Shown in pieces: positions 27,485-35,981 of a stretch of DNA of 35,981 nucleotides (position 1 is the first letter of the stretch; every line of letters starts with the position of its first letter). The position numbers and the translations under genes were made by a program. The notes beneath the pieces were generated by a model. The model saw only the letters and a list, made by a program, of their open reading frames with translations, was not told the origin of the DNA and did no database searches. The DNA comes from Candidatus Bathyarchaeia archaeon (GTDB lineage: Archaea > Thermoproteota > Bathyarchaeia > TCS64), in assembly GCA_041489375.1 (NCBI GenBank), contig JBGPRA010000003.1:1-35981 (forward strand), written 5' to 3'.

Positions 27485-28585
27485 CTAAGACGTTAATGGA
27501 TTCGTGCGCGCGAGATATCTATCTCTATAACTCGTTTTGCTCATAATCCATGATTCACACCACGCCTTATCTGCCAACGCTCGTTTCGCAAGAAACCTGC
27601 AACGCTTCTCCAAATACGTATCTGCTTCTAACCTGTAATTTTTAATAGCTTCCAAAAATACGTCCTTAGCCTGAGACTCCAGTTCCGTTGTGATTTCAGG
27701 TTCATTTTGAAGGTATGACCGAGCTAGCAAAGTTTTACCTTCGTTTTCGCGACTGATGCCAGCCCAAAAAAACGACCTTTCCTTTTCAAAACTTGCTGAG
27801 CATGAAGAAAAAATCATCGTGGCTTCAGCGAATTTGGTTTCGTAGTAGAATGCAGATGCTTCTTGGAGACGTCTAAGCTCTAGCAACATAAGTGCTCCTA
27901 AATTGACTTTGAAGTTTTTAGTGATGCTGCCGTGGGTTGAGCGGGTATGCATTTTAGACAGATCTTCGTGGCGGTTGATGTTCACAAAGCTTTTTAGTTC
28001 AGGATCAAGAGCCTTCATTTCCCCCATTGGAGAGATAAAAAGAACTTTTGAGACACCTCTAATAATGTTGTCGGAACGGGATCGTCTCAGACAGCAAAGG
28101 GTCTGAGTGATTTCTGTGGCGATACTCCTTTCAAGAACTGTGACGAGAGTTTCAAGCCTACCGTTTGGCCACATTGGAACAGTTACCTGCGCGTCTCCTG
28201 CGGAGTCAAATAGGTACTCAATGATTTGGGGTTTTAATAGGGGCATATCACAGGGAAGTGTAACGCATAAGTCTGCTCTGGTTGACTTTAGTCCCGTCAG
28301 AATTCCTACACTGGGACCACTTACATTGCTTATTTTTTCGTCAACGACAAAATTCACTTCATTCAGGTTGTGTTTTTTCATTAGCTGAACGTATTTTGTT
28401 TTTCGTGTTTCATCATCTGTACAAATTATAACTTCATCAACAACTCCGAGTGCATTTTCTACAGCGTGAACTAGCAGAGGCTTCCCAAAGAGTTCGGTAA
28501 GTGCCTTGTCATACCATTGTTCAGATTTAATTTGAAATCGGTAAGATCCTCCTCCTGCCAATATGAGTGCAGCCCGTTTCGTCAT
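27485..28585 (-). CDS. mobA: Molybdenum/tungsten cofactor guanylyltransferase with long helical C-terminal extension
   Basis: LAGGGSYRF, DKAL, GPSVGI, PCDMP and FVNINRHEDL motifs, followed by about 150 extra aa. Start placed at MTKRAA (28585). Confidence 0.8.
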   Translation of the reverse strand: MTKRAALILAGGGSYRFQIKSEQWYDKALTELFGKPLLVHAVENALGVVDEVIICTDDETRKTKYVQLMKKHNLNEVNFVVDEKISNVSGPSVGILTGLKSTRADLCVTLPCDMPLLKPQIIEYLFDSAGDAQVTVPMWPNGRLETLVTVLERSIATEITQTLCCLRRSRSDNIIRGVSKVLFISPMGEMKALDPELKSFVNINRHEDLSKMHTRSTHGSITKNFKVNLGALMLLELRRLQEASAFYYETKFAEATMIFSSCSASFEKERSFFWAGISRENEGKTLLARSYLQNEPEITTELESQAKDVFLEAIKNYRLEADTYLEKRCRFLAKRALADKAWCESWIMSKTSYRDRYLARTNPLTS

Positions 28586-28895
28586 AACTTTTACCTTATT
28601 ATGCAATTTTCTTTGGGTATTTTCTTATGTAAGTGTACCTATTTATTATGGGTTTGTTCTCCTAGATTACTCCTGTGACTGCGAGAATTGGATCAGTGGT
28701 TCTCTTCAATGTTCTTATAATTTTCTTCATCATCTGCGATGATAAAATAAGAACATCCATCTTTTTCGACGAGGCTATTTACCCCTAAAGGAAAATAATA
28801 TCCAGAGACTATTGTTCCAGAAGCACGTAGTGATCGTATTTTGATATGATCTTCTCGCCCGCGCCTTACTATTGAAAATTAATATAATGATAATG

Positions 28896-28926
28896 GTTCT
28901 TATAATAACAACTATTCTCTTGGAGG
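28896..28926 (+). promoter_or_regulatory. TATA box and RBS of the fwd operon
   Basis: TTATAATA at 28900-28907 and GGAGG at 28922-28926, ahead of the TTG at 28934. Confidence 0.5.
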
Positions 28927-28933
28927 CGGGCTC

Positions 28934-29329
28934 TTGACAAGTATGATTGATGTAATTATCCTAACGGGTAGAACACTTCAGCAGGGGATCGGGCTTGAGG
29001 TGGGGAAGGTCTCAGAAGAATATTCGAAAAGTGTGAACTACGCAGAGATTAGTAAAAGCGACTCCGTAGTAATTGGATTTACAGATGGATCTCCGGTAGA
29101 GGTCACAACAGCAAGAGGAAAAGTTGTGCTCCATGGGCGGATATCAGAGACCCTTTCTCCAGGATTGATATTTGTACCCTATGGTCCTTGGGTAAACCAG
29201 GTACTCGGGCCTGATACTAAATGTACAGGCACCCCTCAATTGAAGGGAGTACCGGGTAAGCTTGAACTTGCAGAGGGAAAGAATGTACCGTCCTTACACG
29301 ACCTGGTTAAGATTATGAGAGGTGCATGA
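28934..29329 (+). CDS. fwdD: Formylmethanofuran dehydrogenase subunit D
   Basis: LTGRTLQQG, RGKVV, GLIFVPYGPWVN and TGTPQLKG motifs. Confidence 0.92.
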   Translation: MTSMIDVIILTGRTLQQGIGLEVGKVSEEYSKSVNYAEISKSDSVVIGFTDGSPVEVTTARGKVVLHGRISETLSPGLIFVPYGPWVNQVLGPDTKCTGTPQLKGVPGKLELAEGKNVPSLHDLVKIMRGA

Positions 29330-30627
29330 GAGTGACGACTTATAGTGACGTCATCTGTCCTTTTTGCGGGTGCCTTTGTGACGATATTGAGATAACAGTA
29401 GAAGAAAACAAAGTAGTAAAAACCAAAAACTCGTGTGCAATTTCAAATTCAAAGTTTATGAAAAACGACTGGGGAAGAATAATCTCCCCGACAATAGACG
29501 GAAAACCTGTTCCTTACGAGAAAGCGATTGAGGAAGCTACAAAAATTCTGTCATCAGCAAAGCGTCCTCTCATATATGGACTCAGTAAAACCGATAACGA
29601 GGCGATAAGAGAGGCGGTTCACCTCAGTGAATTAGTCGGTGGGGTGATCGATAGCACGACAACGGTATGCCACGGTACAAGCATTATTGCTATGCAGAAC
29701 ACCGGGGTCTCTACTACAACCATGGGCGAGGTGAAGAACAGAGCTGACCTCATCGTGTTCTGGGGTTCCAACCCTGCCGAGGCTCACCCGAGGCATTTCC
29801 AGAGGTATTCGGTTACACCGAAGGGAATGTACACCCCGAATGGTAGAAAGGGTAGATTCATTGTAGTCGTCGATGTGCGTGAAACGAGATCATCGAAAAT
29901 GGCTGACCAATTCATTCGGATTAATCCCAATAGTGACTTTGACATATTACAGGCATTAAGGGCTTTGGTCAGGGGTCAAAAACTGTCAGCTGAAGAAGTG
30001 GGTGGCGTCAGAATCAACATACTTGAAGAATTAGCAGAACGAATGAAGAGCGCAAAAGTCGGTTGCGTCTTTTATGGTTTAGGTCTCAATCAGAGCGAGA
30101 GCAGGCACATGAACGTCGACGCCCTGTACAGCCTCGTATCGGATCTCAATCACCATACCAAGTTCGTAACTGAACCGATGAGAGGTTGCTTCAATGTGAC
30201 CGGTGCAAACATGGTTACGACATGGCAGACTGGTTACCCATTCGCGGTCGATTTTAGTAGGGGATACCCTAGATATAATCCCGGGGAGTACACAGCTGTT
30301 GATCTTTTAGCGAGAAAGGAAGTTGATGCTGCCCTCATTATGGGTTCTGATCCGGCATCGACCTTCCCGCTCGCGGCATCCCGCTACCTATCCAAGATCC
30401 CTGTTGTGACCTTGGAGCGGAAGGAAACCCCCACATCAATGCTTAGTAAAGTAGTGATACCTGTAGCTACGTCGGGGATCGAGACCAGTGGGACAGCTTA
30501 TCGGATGGACCAAGTTCCATTGAAGCTAAGGAAGGTTGTAGATCCACCCAAGGGCGTATTCTCGGACGCTATTGTACTTGGGCATATCATTGAGCGGATT
30601 AAGGCTTTGGAGGTAGATTCGATATGA
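29326..30627 (+). CDS. fwdB: Formylmethanofuran dehydrogenase subunit B (Mo/W-pterin catalytic subunit)
   Basis: CPFCGCLCDD..C cluster motif, VCHG catalytic Cys, EVKNRAD, HPRH, PMRG, WQTGYPF and GTAYRMD. Confidence 0.95.
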   Translation: MRVTTYSDVICPFCGCLCDDIEITVEENKVVKTKNSCAISNSKFMKNDWGRIISPTIDGKPVPYEKAIEEATKILSSAKRPLIYGLSKTDNEAIREAVHLSELVGGVIDSTTTVCHGTSIIAMQNTGVSTTTMGEVKNRADLIVFWGSNPAEAHPRHFQRYSVTPKGMYTPNGRKGRFIVVVDVRETRSSKMADQFIRINPNSDFDILQALRALVRGQKLSAEEVGGVRINILEELAERMKSAKVGCVFYGLGLNQSESRHMNVDALYSLVSDLNHHTKFVTEPMRGCFNVTGANMVTTWQTGYPFAVDFSRGYPRYNPGEYTAVDLLARKEVDAALIMGSDPASTFPLAASRYLSKIPVVTLERKETPTSMLSKVVIPVATSGIETSGTAYRMDQVPLKLRKVVDPPKGVFSDAIVLGHIIERIKALEVDSI

Positions 30628-32318
30628 GGGGCATCATCGTTAAGGGAGGATATGTCTACGATCCCGTAAATGGTGTAAATGGTGAGAAGAAAAACATCTA
30701 CGTTTGCGATGGAAAGATAGTTGAGGAGATAGAAGAGAGGGAAGCTAAAGTTATCGATGCATCTGGGATGGTAGTCATGCCTGGAGGCGTCGATATTCAC
30801 AGCCACATATCAGGCTCAAAAATAAACTCAGGCAGGATGCTAAGACCTGAGGATCACAGGAAGGATGTCGTTAAGAAGACCAAAGTTACTCGTTCAGGCG
30901 TAGGATACAGTTGCCCCTCGACCTTCATAACAGGCTACCGCTACGCCCAGATGGGCTACACTACTGTTTTAGAGCCGGCTATGCCTCCTATAAGTGCGCG
31001 TCATGTCCACGAGGAAATGGCCGATATACCTCTGCTGGATAAAGCCGCTTATGCCCTCTTCGGCAACAATCTGTTTACCTTAAAATACGTTAAAGCCGGC
31101 GACATCGAAATGCTTAAGGCATTTATCCTCTGGCTACTGAGAGCCACCAAAGGATATGCTGTTAAGATAGTTAACCCCGGGGGCGTCGAGAACTGGAAGT
31201 GGGGGAGAAATGTCAGCGGGCTAGATGACTTTGTTAGTAACTACGAGGTCACACCGAGGCAGATAGTTACTAACCTAGCTAAGGCAAATGAGGAACTAGG
31301 ACTGCCTCACACGATCCATCTACATTGCAATAACCTGGGAGTCCCGGGCAACTATAAGACAACGATCGATACAATGGAAGCCCTCAAAAACATTAAGCCA
31401 AGGTCTGGGAGAAAGACGACGGTTCATGTTGTGCACTGTCAGTTCAACGCTCTAGACGGCGACACATGGGCTAACGTAAGATCAGGCGCCTCCAAGATAG
31501 CCAAATATGTGAACGGCCACGAGCACGTCTCCATTGACATCGGTCAAGTGATTTTCACCGATACAACGACTATGACGGGTGATGGGCCTTGGCAGTTTAG
31601 GCTTTGGAACCTGAGTGGGAATAAGTGGGTGAATAAAGACGTGGAGATGGAGGCTGGCGCCGGCATAGTCCCTTACACATATAGGAAAGAAAACCCCGCA
31701 AATTCAATTCAATGGGCTATAGGCCTCGAACTCGCTCTCCAGATATACGACCCTTGGCGAGTCTATTTGTCCACGGATCACCCAAACGGAGGACCTTTCA
31801 CCTTCTATCCCAAGGTAATCACCTGGTTGATGAGCAGAGCATCAAGAAACGAGACGATGCTTGAAATCAATAAATCATGCATGAGGCGAACTAGTCTAGC
31901 GAACGATTACCGGGAGTATACATTCAATGAGATAGCTATAGTTACAAGAGCTGCTACAGCGAAAGCTGTTGACTTAAAAAATAAGGGTCACCTCGCGCCA
32001 GGGGCAGATGGGGATATCTCAGTATACGACATCGATCCGTTGAAGTGGGTTCCCTCTAAATATAGGAACCTCGAGAAAGCCTTCACACTAGCCAAGTATA
32101 CGATCAAAGGAGGGGAGATGGTTGTGAAGGATGGAGAAATCCTTTCTACACCACCAGGATCCACCTATTGGATAGATTCGGCTGCACCCAATGAAGATGA
32201 ACTTGTTAAGGATGTAGAGGATGACTTCAGAGATTATTACTCGATCAACATCAGGAACTATCCGGTTGAGGAGACATATCTTCCCATGAGCCACCCCATC
32301 AAGTTGGAGGTCACATAA
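30624..32318 (+). CDS. fwdA: Formylmethanofuran dehydrogenase subunit A (amidohydrolase)
   Basis: DIHSH, KIVNPGG, HLHCNNLG, HCQF and STDHPN metal-site motifs. Confidence 0.96.
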   Translation: MRGIIVKGGYVYDPVNGVNGEKKNIYVCDGKIVEEIEEREAKVIDASGMVVMPGGVDIHSHISGSKINSGRMLRPEDHRKDVVKKTKVTRSGVGYSCPSTFITGYRYAQMGYTTVLEPAMPPISARHVHEEMADIPLLDKAAYALFGNNLFTLKYVKAGDIEMLKAFILWLLRATKGYAVKIVNPGGVENWKWGRNVSGLDDFVSNYEVTPRQIVTNLAKANEELGLPHTIHLHCNNLGVPGNYKTTIDTMEALKNIKPRSGRKTTVHVVHCQFNALDGDTWANVRSGASKIAKYVNGHEHVSIDIGQVIFTDTTTMTGDGPWQFRLWNLSGNKWVNKDVEMEAGAGIVPYTYRKENPANSIQWAIGLELALQIYDPWRVYLSTDHPNGGPFTFYPKVITWLMSRASRNETMLEINKSCMRRTSLANDYREYTFNEIAIVTRAATAKAVDLKNKGHLAPGADGDISVYDIDPLKWVPSKYRNLEKAFTLAKYTIKGGEMVVKDGEILSTPPGSTYWIDSAAPNEDELVKDVEDDFRDYYSINIRNYPVEETYLPMSHPIKLEVT

Positions 32319-33245
32319 ATGAGCTTCAACTTCAACGGTGTGGAGATCGAGGACACCTTCGCCGAAGGGTTCTCCATGTGGGGCAGCAGAATCATAGTCA
32401 CAGCCATCAACAGGAAGTGGGCGAACATTGCAGCACAGAACATGACAGGTTTCGCAACAAGCGTGATCGCCTGCGATTGCGAAGCCGGAATAGAGCGAGA
32501 GATACCACCAGAAAGCACACCAGACCACAGACCTGGCACCGCGATTATGGTCTTCGGCTTCTCTAAGGGTAAGCTCTCCAGTTCCATGCTTAATCGGATC
32601 GGCCAATGCGTTCTAACATGCCCTACAACGGCAATCTTCAACGGCATTCCCAAGACTGACTCCGACGAAATGCTCGATATTGGTAAAAGTCTCAGATTCT
32701 TTGGTGACGGTTATCAGGTCAAGATGAGGATGAACGACGGCTTAGGAGAACGCGTCCGATTCTGGCGAATCCCCGTCATGCAGGGGGAGTTCCTCACCGA
32801 GGAATTGTACGGCGCTAAGAAGGCAGTAGCGGGTGGTAACTTCCTAATAATGGGCGAGGAAGAGCGATCCACACTTGAGGCATCGGAAAGGGCGGTGGAA
32901 GCTATCCACAGTGTTCCGATGATCATCACACCTTTTCCAGGAGGTCTTTGCAGGAGTGGGAGTAAAGTTGGCTCGAAATACGCTTTCCTAAAAGCCTCGA
33001 CAAATACGCCGTTTTGTCCTACGATAAAGCACACCTTTAAGGGATCAAATATACCGGAGAAGGTAAACTCCGTCGTCGAAATAGTCCTGAACGGACTCGA
33101 TGAGTCATCAGTGAGAAGGGCGATGGGCTTAGGGATAAAAGCTGCAGCTGGAGCAGGGGGCGTAAAGAAGATAACTGCGGTGAACTTCGGTGGAAAGTTA
33201 GGTAAATTCAAGATAGGCTTGAAGGAGTCCTTGGAGGTGTCATAA
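32319..33245 (+). CDS. ftr: Formylmethanofuran:H4MPT formyltransferase
   Basis: IEDTFAEGF, TGFATSVIACDCEAGIE, TPDHRPG, RIGQCVLTCPTT, SGSKVGS and NFGGKLG motifs. Confidence 0.96.
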   Translation: MSFNFNGVEIEDTFAEGFSMWGSRIIVTAINRKWANIAAQNMTGFATSVIACDCEAGIEREIPPESTPDHRPGTAIMVFGFSKGKLSSSMLNRIGQCVLTCPTTAIFNGIPKTDSDEMLDIGKSLRFFGDGYQVKMRMNDGLGERVRFWRIPVMQGEFLTEELYGAKKAVAGGNFLIMGEEERSTLEASERAVEAIHSVPMIITPFPGGLCRSGSKVGSKYAFLKASTNTPFCPTIKHTFKGSNIPEKVNSVVEIVLNGLDESSVRRAMGLGIKAAAGAGGVKKITAVNFGGKLGKFKIGLKESLEVS

Positions 33246-33246
33246 G

Positions 33247-34086
33247 TTGAAAGTTCTTAAGTTAAGATACGTTGGAGAGACATCAATACCTATTGAAGCT
33301 GAGAACATTACGCCTGATCTAGTTGCTGGTAAGCAGTTATCGGAGATCGAAAGGCTCACTGTCTATGAGGGGAATAAGCAACACAATATGTCCGATCTCT
33401 TCGAGATCAGTGGCGATGTCGCCAAAGAAGTAGGCGAACAAGTAATTGTAGTGGAAGGAAATACGACTTTAGTCAAATATATAGGGGCATCGATGTCATC
33501 CGGTAAAATCATCGTCGAAGGAAACGCCGGAATGCATCTTGGATCGCGAATGACTGGAGGAGAGATCCAGGTTAAAGGATCCGTAGATGACTGGGCCGGA
33601 GCTGAGATGATTGGAGGCTACATAAGGATAAACAAAAACGCAGGCAATCGATTAGGCTCCGCGTATAGAGGTAGCCCCGAAGGGATGAAGGGAGGATTGA
33701 TTATTGTTGACGGTAATGTCGGGCAAGAGTGTGGAGCTTTCCTGCGCAGAGGAATGATCGTCATCCGAGGAACCGTAGAACCCTTTGCAGGGGTTCATAT
33801 GAACGGTGGCCAGATCTTCGCTTTTGGCCATGTATCGAAAAGACTAGGCGCGAGTGCAAAAGGAAATGGAGGGTTTATTGCGTGTTTCGGAGGCGTTGAG
33901 CAGATGTTACCTACGTATCTTTACGATTCTACTTACAATCCCAATTTCATGAGGGTCTATTTACAACAGCTGTCAGAGAACCTGGGAGTGAAGGAGGCAG
34001 CAAAGTTCATGGATGCACAGTTCGAACGCTTCTCAGGCGACCTAGCTTGCGGAGGAAACAACGAGATCTTCGTTGTGTCTAGCTGA
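33247..34086 (+). CDS. fwdC: Formylmethanofuran dehydrogenase subunit C
   Basis: GXGXG-type beta-helix repeats (GASMSSG, GSRMTGG, GAEMIGG), AYRG and GDLA motifs. Confidence 0.95.
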   Translation: MKVLKLRYVGETSIPIEAENITPDLVAGKQLSEIERLTVYEGNKQHNMSDLFEISGDVAKEVGEQVIVVEGNTTLVKYIGASMSSGKIIVEGNAGMHLGSRMTGGEIQVKGSVDDWAGAEMIGGYIRINKNAGNRLGSAYRGSPEGMKGGLIIVDGNVGQECGAFLRRGMIVIRGTVEPFAGVHMNGGQIFAFGHVSKRLGASAKGNGGFIACFGGVEQMLPTYLYDSTYNPNFMRVYLQQLSENLGVKEAAKFMDAQFERFSGDLACGGNNEIFVVSS

Positions 34087-34977
34087 GTGATAAAACAGTT
34101 GAAAGTTGGCATAGTGACTTCTGATAGGGAAGAGTGGCATATACAGAGGCTACTGAAAAGCCTCAAGAAGAGGAACGTCGAGTCCTATGTTTTCCCATCC
34201 ACACGTTTCCATTCGAGGATCGGTGGTAGACCCAGAATATCCGTTAAGGGCTATACCATCGAGGACTTCGACGCTGTCATTGTTAGGAAGATCCCAGGTG
34301 GTACACCAGAGCAAGTCTTCTACAGAATGGATGCTTTGCATAGACTAGAGGAGATGGGTGTATACGTGATGAACTCGGCGGACAGTATAGAGCGGTCTGT
34401 CGACAAGTTCTATACCTCCGGCATACTAGAGGACGTTGGCCTGAAAACCCCCCGGACGATTATTACGGAGAGATTTGAAGATGCGATCGATGCCTTCAAG
34501 GAACTCGGAGGCGACGTCGTAGTAAAACCCATGTTCGGTTCATTAGGTTTTGGCATGACACGAGTAACAGATATTGACATTGCCTACCGGGTTTTTAGAG
34601 CGTTAGAGGTGATTAACGGAGTCTACTATCTTCAGGAGTTCATCCCTCACCGAAATCAGGATATCAGATCCTTTGTAGTAGGTGAGACTGTTGTGGCTTC
34701 CATGATACGAACCGCAAAAAGTTGGAAGACAAACATCGCAGGAGGCGGTGCAGCGCTCCAATATGAGTTGGACAACTCCTTAGTTGAAGTCAGTATAAAG
34801 GCCTCCAAAGCGATCGGCCTAGAATACACCGGCGTCGATATCATGCAGTCAGAGAACGATGAGAACTTCTACGTTGTTGAATTAAACAGCACACCCGGCT
34901 GGGAAGGCCTACAATCTGTAACAAATAAAGAAATTTCGGATATTATTGTAGATCATCTATTAGCGAAAATAGGATAA
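34087..34977 (+). CDS. RimK-family ATP-grasp glutamate ligase (MptN/Orf5-like)
   Basis: EQVFYRMDALHRLE, DKF, KPMFGSLG, YLQEF, DIRSFV, WKTNIAGG, GVD and ELNSTPGW motifs. Confidence 0.9.
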   Translation: MIKQLKVGIVTSDREEWHIQRLLKSLKKRNVESYVFPSTRFHSRIGGRPRISVKGYTIEDFDAVIVRKIPGGTPEQVFYRMDALHRLEEMGVYVMNSADSIERSVDKFYTSGILEDVGLKTPRTIITERFEDAIDAFKELGGDVVVKPMFGSLGFGMTRVTDIDIAYRVFRALEVINGVYYLQEFIPHRNQDIRSFVVGETVVASMIRTAKSWKTNIAGGGAALQYELDNSLVEVSIKASKAIGLEYTGVDIMQSENDENFYVVELNSTPGWEGLQSVTNKEISDIIVDHLLAKIG

Positions 34978-35002
34978 CGGACGTTAATGGTTGGACTTTG
35001 TA

Positions 35003-35981
35003 ATGGCGGAAAAACCCAAGGATAGGGACCTAATCGAGACAAATGAAGGCTTTATTTTCTGTGTAGTAGGTTATCTGCATCCTCTTGACCGTTTCACTGC
35101 CTACTTGAAGTATGTCCCCTCGTCGGAGGGTAAATGGATGAGAGGCGATTCAGCATATTCGAGGGTCGTCCCATTTTATCATGTCACACAGGTTGAAAAC
35201 ACGTATAGCATATTGAAGGATAAATATTCTAAATATCTCTTTAATTGCCCTGTCCGCAACATAGTGGTTTCTTCAGTACCAAGAGAAGACGTCCTCAGAT
35301 ATTATCATCCTAAAGAACGCCTAGACTCGATTCTTAGGGAGGGTGCAAGTGATACACTCGAAGAGAAACTAGTAAGTCTCGTTGAGTTTCTCAAGGATGA
35401 AACGGTGGTATCCACCTCGGATTTAGGAGTCACGGGCTCTATACTAACAAAAACTCATAATCCAAGTTTTTCAGACATCGACTTAACACTGCATGGTATT
35501 TCCGCAACGAATACAATTAAAAAAGTGATTAAAGATATCAGGAGGGCGAACTCGGAGTTTGAACCATTCAATAATAGACAGATATCCGAATGGTGCTCTG
35601 ACCGGGCCAAGAGGTTTCCTCTCTCATTCGACGATCTGAAGCTAATAGCTAGAAGACGTTGGAACTATGCGTACTATAAAAAAACGTACGTATCCTTTCA
35701 TCCGATTCGTCAAGACAGTGAAATAGATGAGGTTTATGGCGACCTCATATATTTCCCTAAAGGTCCAGTTTTTGGAACAGCTAGTATTTCTAATAGTAAT
35801 GAGTCTGCCTTTTTACCAGCCATCTATAAAATAGAAGAGACAGACACTGAACTTGATTTGGATATCAAACAACTGGTCTCTTATGAGGGAATGTTCAGCG
35901 ACATCTTTAGAGCTGGAGAAAGGGTCGAGTTCTCCGGTATACTCGAGAAAGTATCTGGAAGAGACAACTTTTATCAGATAC
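35003..35981 (+). CDS. Predicted nucleotidyltransferase (COG1665-like), truncated by the window end
   Basis: Not in the ORF track. Manual translation MAEKPKDRDLIETNEGFIFCVVGYLHP...AYLKYVP...LGVTGSIL...SDIDL stays open to the end and contains the Pol-beta GS..DxD motif. Confidence 0.8.
   Translation, partial: MAEKPKDRDLIETNEGFIFCVVGYLHPLDRFTAYLKYVPSSEGKWMRGDSAYSRVVPFYHVTQVENTYSILKDKYSKYLFNCPVRNIVVSSVPREDVLRYYHPKERLDSILREGASDTLEEKLVSLVEFLKDETVVSTSDLGVTGSILTKTHNPSFSDIDLTLHGISATNTIKKVIKDIRRANSEFEPFNNRQISEWCSDRAKRFPLSFDDLKLIARRRWNYAYYKKTYVSFHPIRQDSEIDEVYGDLIYFPKGPVFGTASISNSNESAFLPAIYKIEETDTELDLDIKQLVSYEGMFSDIFRAGERVEFSGILEKVSGRDNFYQI

Noticed and set aside
29668-29670. Selenocysteine form of FwdB
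   Set aside because: The catalytic codon is TGC (Cys) and the ORF is uninterrupted.
1159-34844. Remaining short ORFs nested in or antisense to identified genes
   Set aside because: They overlap well-supported CDSs and show no independent motifs.
19306-34977. Evidence for methanogenesis
   Set aside because: No mcr, mtr or mer in the window. The H4MPT branch alone does not imply methane metabolism, and absence from the genome cannot be judged here.

Overview
Archaeal chromosomal segment, most likely from a Bathyarchaeia-like (TACK) anaerobe. This assignment is inferred from gene content, not from a marker tree. The left part (1-14.2 kb) is mostly housekeeping: PAC2 chaperone, DHH phosphoesterase, haloarchaeal-type phosphomevalonate decarboxylase, ECF A-A'/T module, AbrB-PhoU regulator, EF-2, glycerate 2-kinase, Toprim protein, presenilin-like protease, MFS transporter and a heptad-repeat membrane protein. 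A dehydrogenase/FGGY kinase/class II aldolase operon follows. The rest is an ~18 kb H4MPT/methanofuran C1 cluster: FrhB/FpoF-like protein, mtd, fused ADP-forming acyl-CoA synthetase, Pta-N protein, mch, ECF S component, tfx, extended mobA, then fwdD-fwdB-fwdA-ftr-fwdC, a RimK/MptN-like ligase and a truncated nucleotidyltransferase absent from the ORF track. Main points of interest: (i) an fhcBADC-like gene order with a motif-intact FwdB and a glutamate ligase; (ii) a ~1.4 kb degenerate insert with an RHH gene, repeated GTATTACAC sites, a decayed C2H2 zinc-finger frame and a duplicated 81-84 bp block; (iii) a CG-rich quasi-palindrome (YTCG-YGYGYG-CGAR-like) recurring at many gene boundaries. 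No rRNA, tRNA or CRISPR array was recognised. All family calls come from motif recognition by eye; no searches were run.
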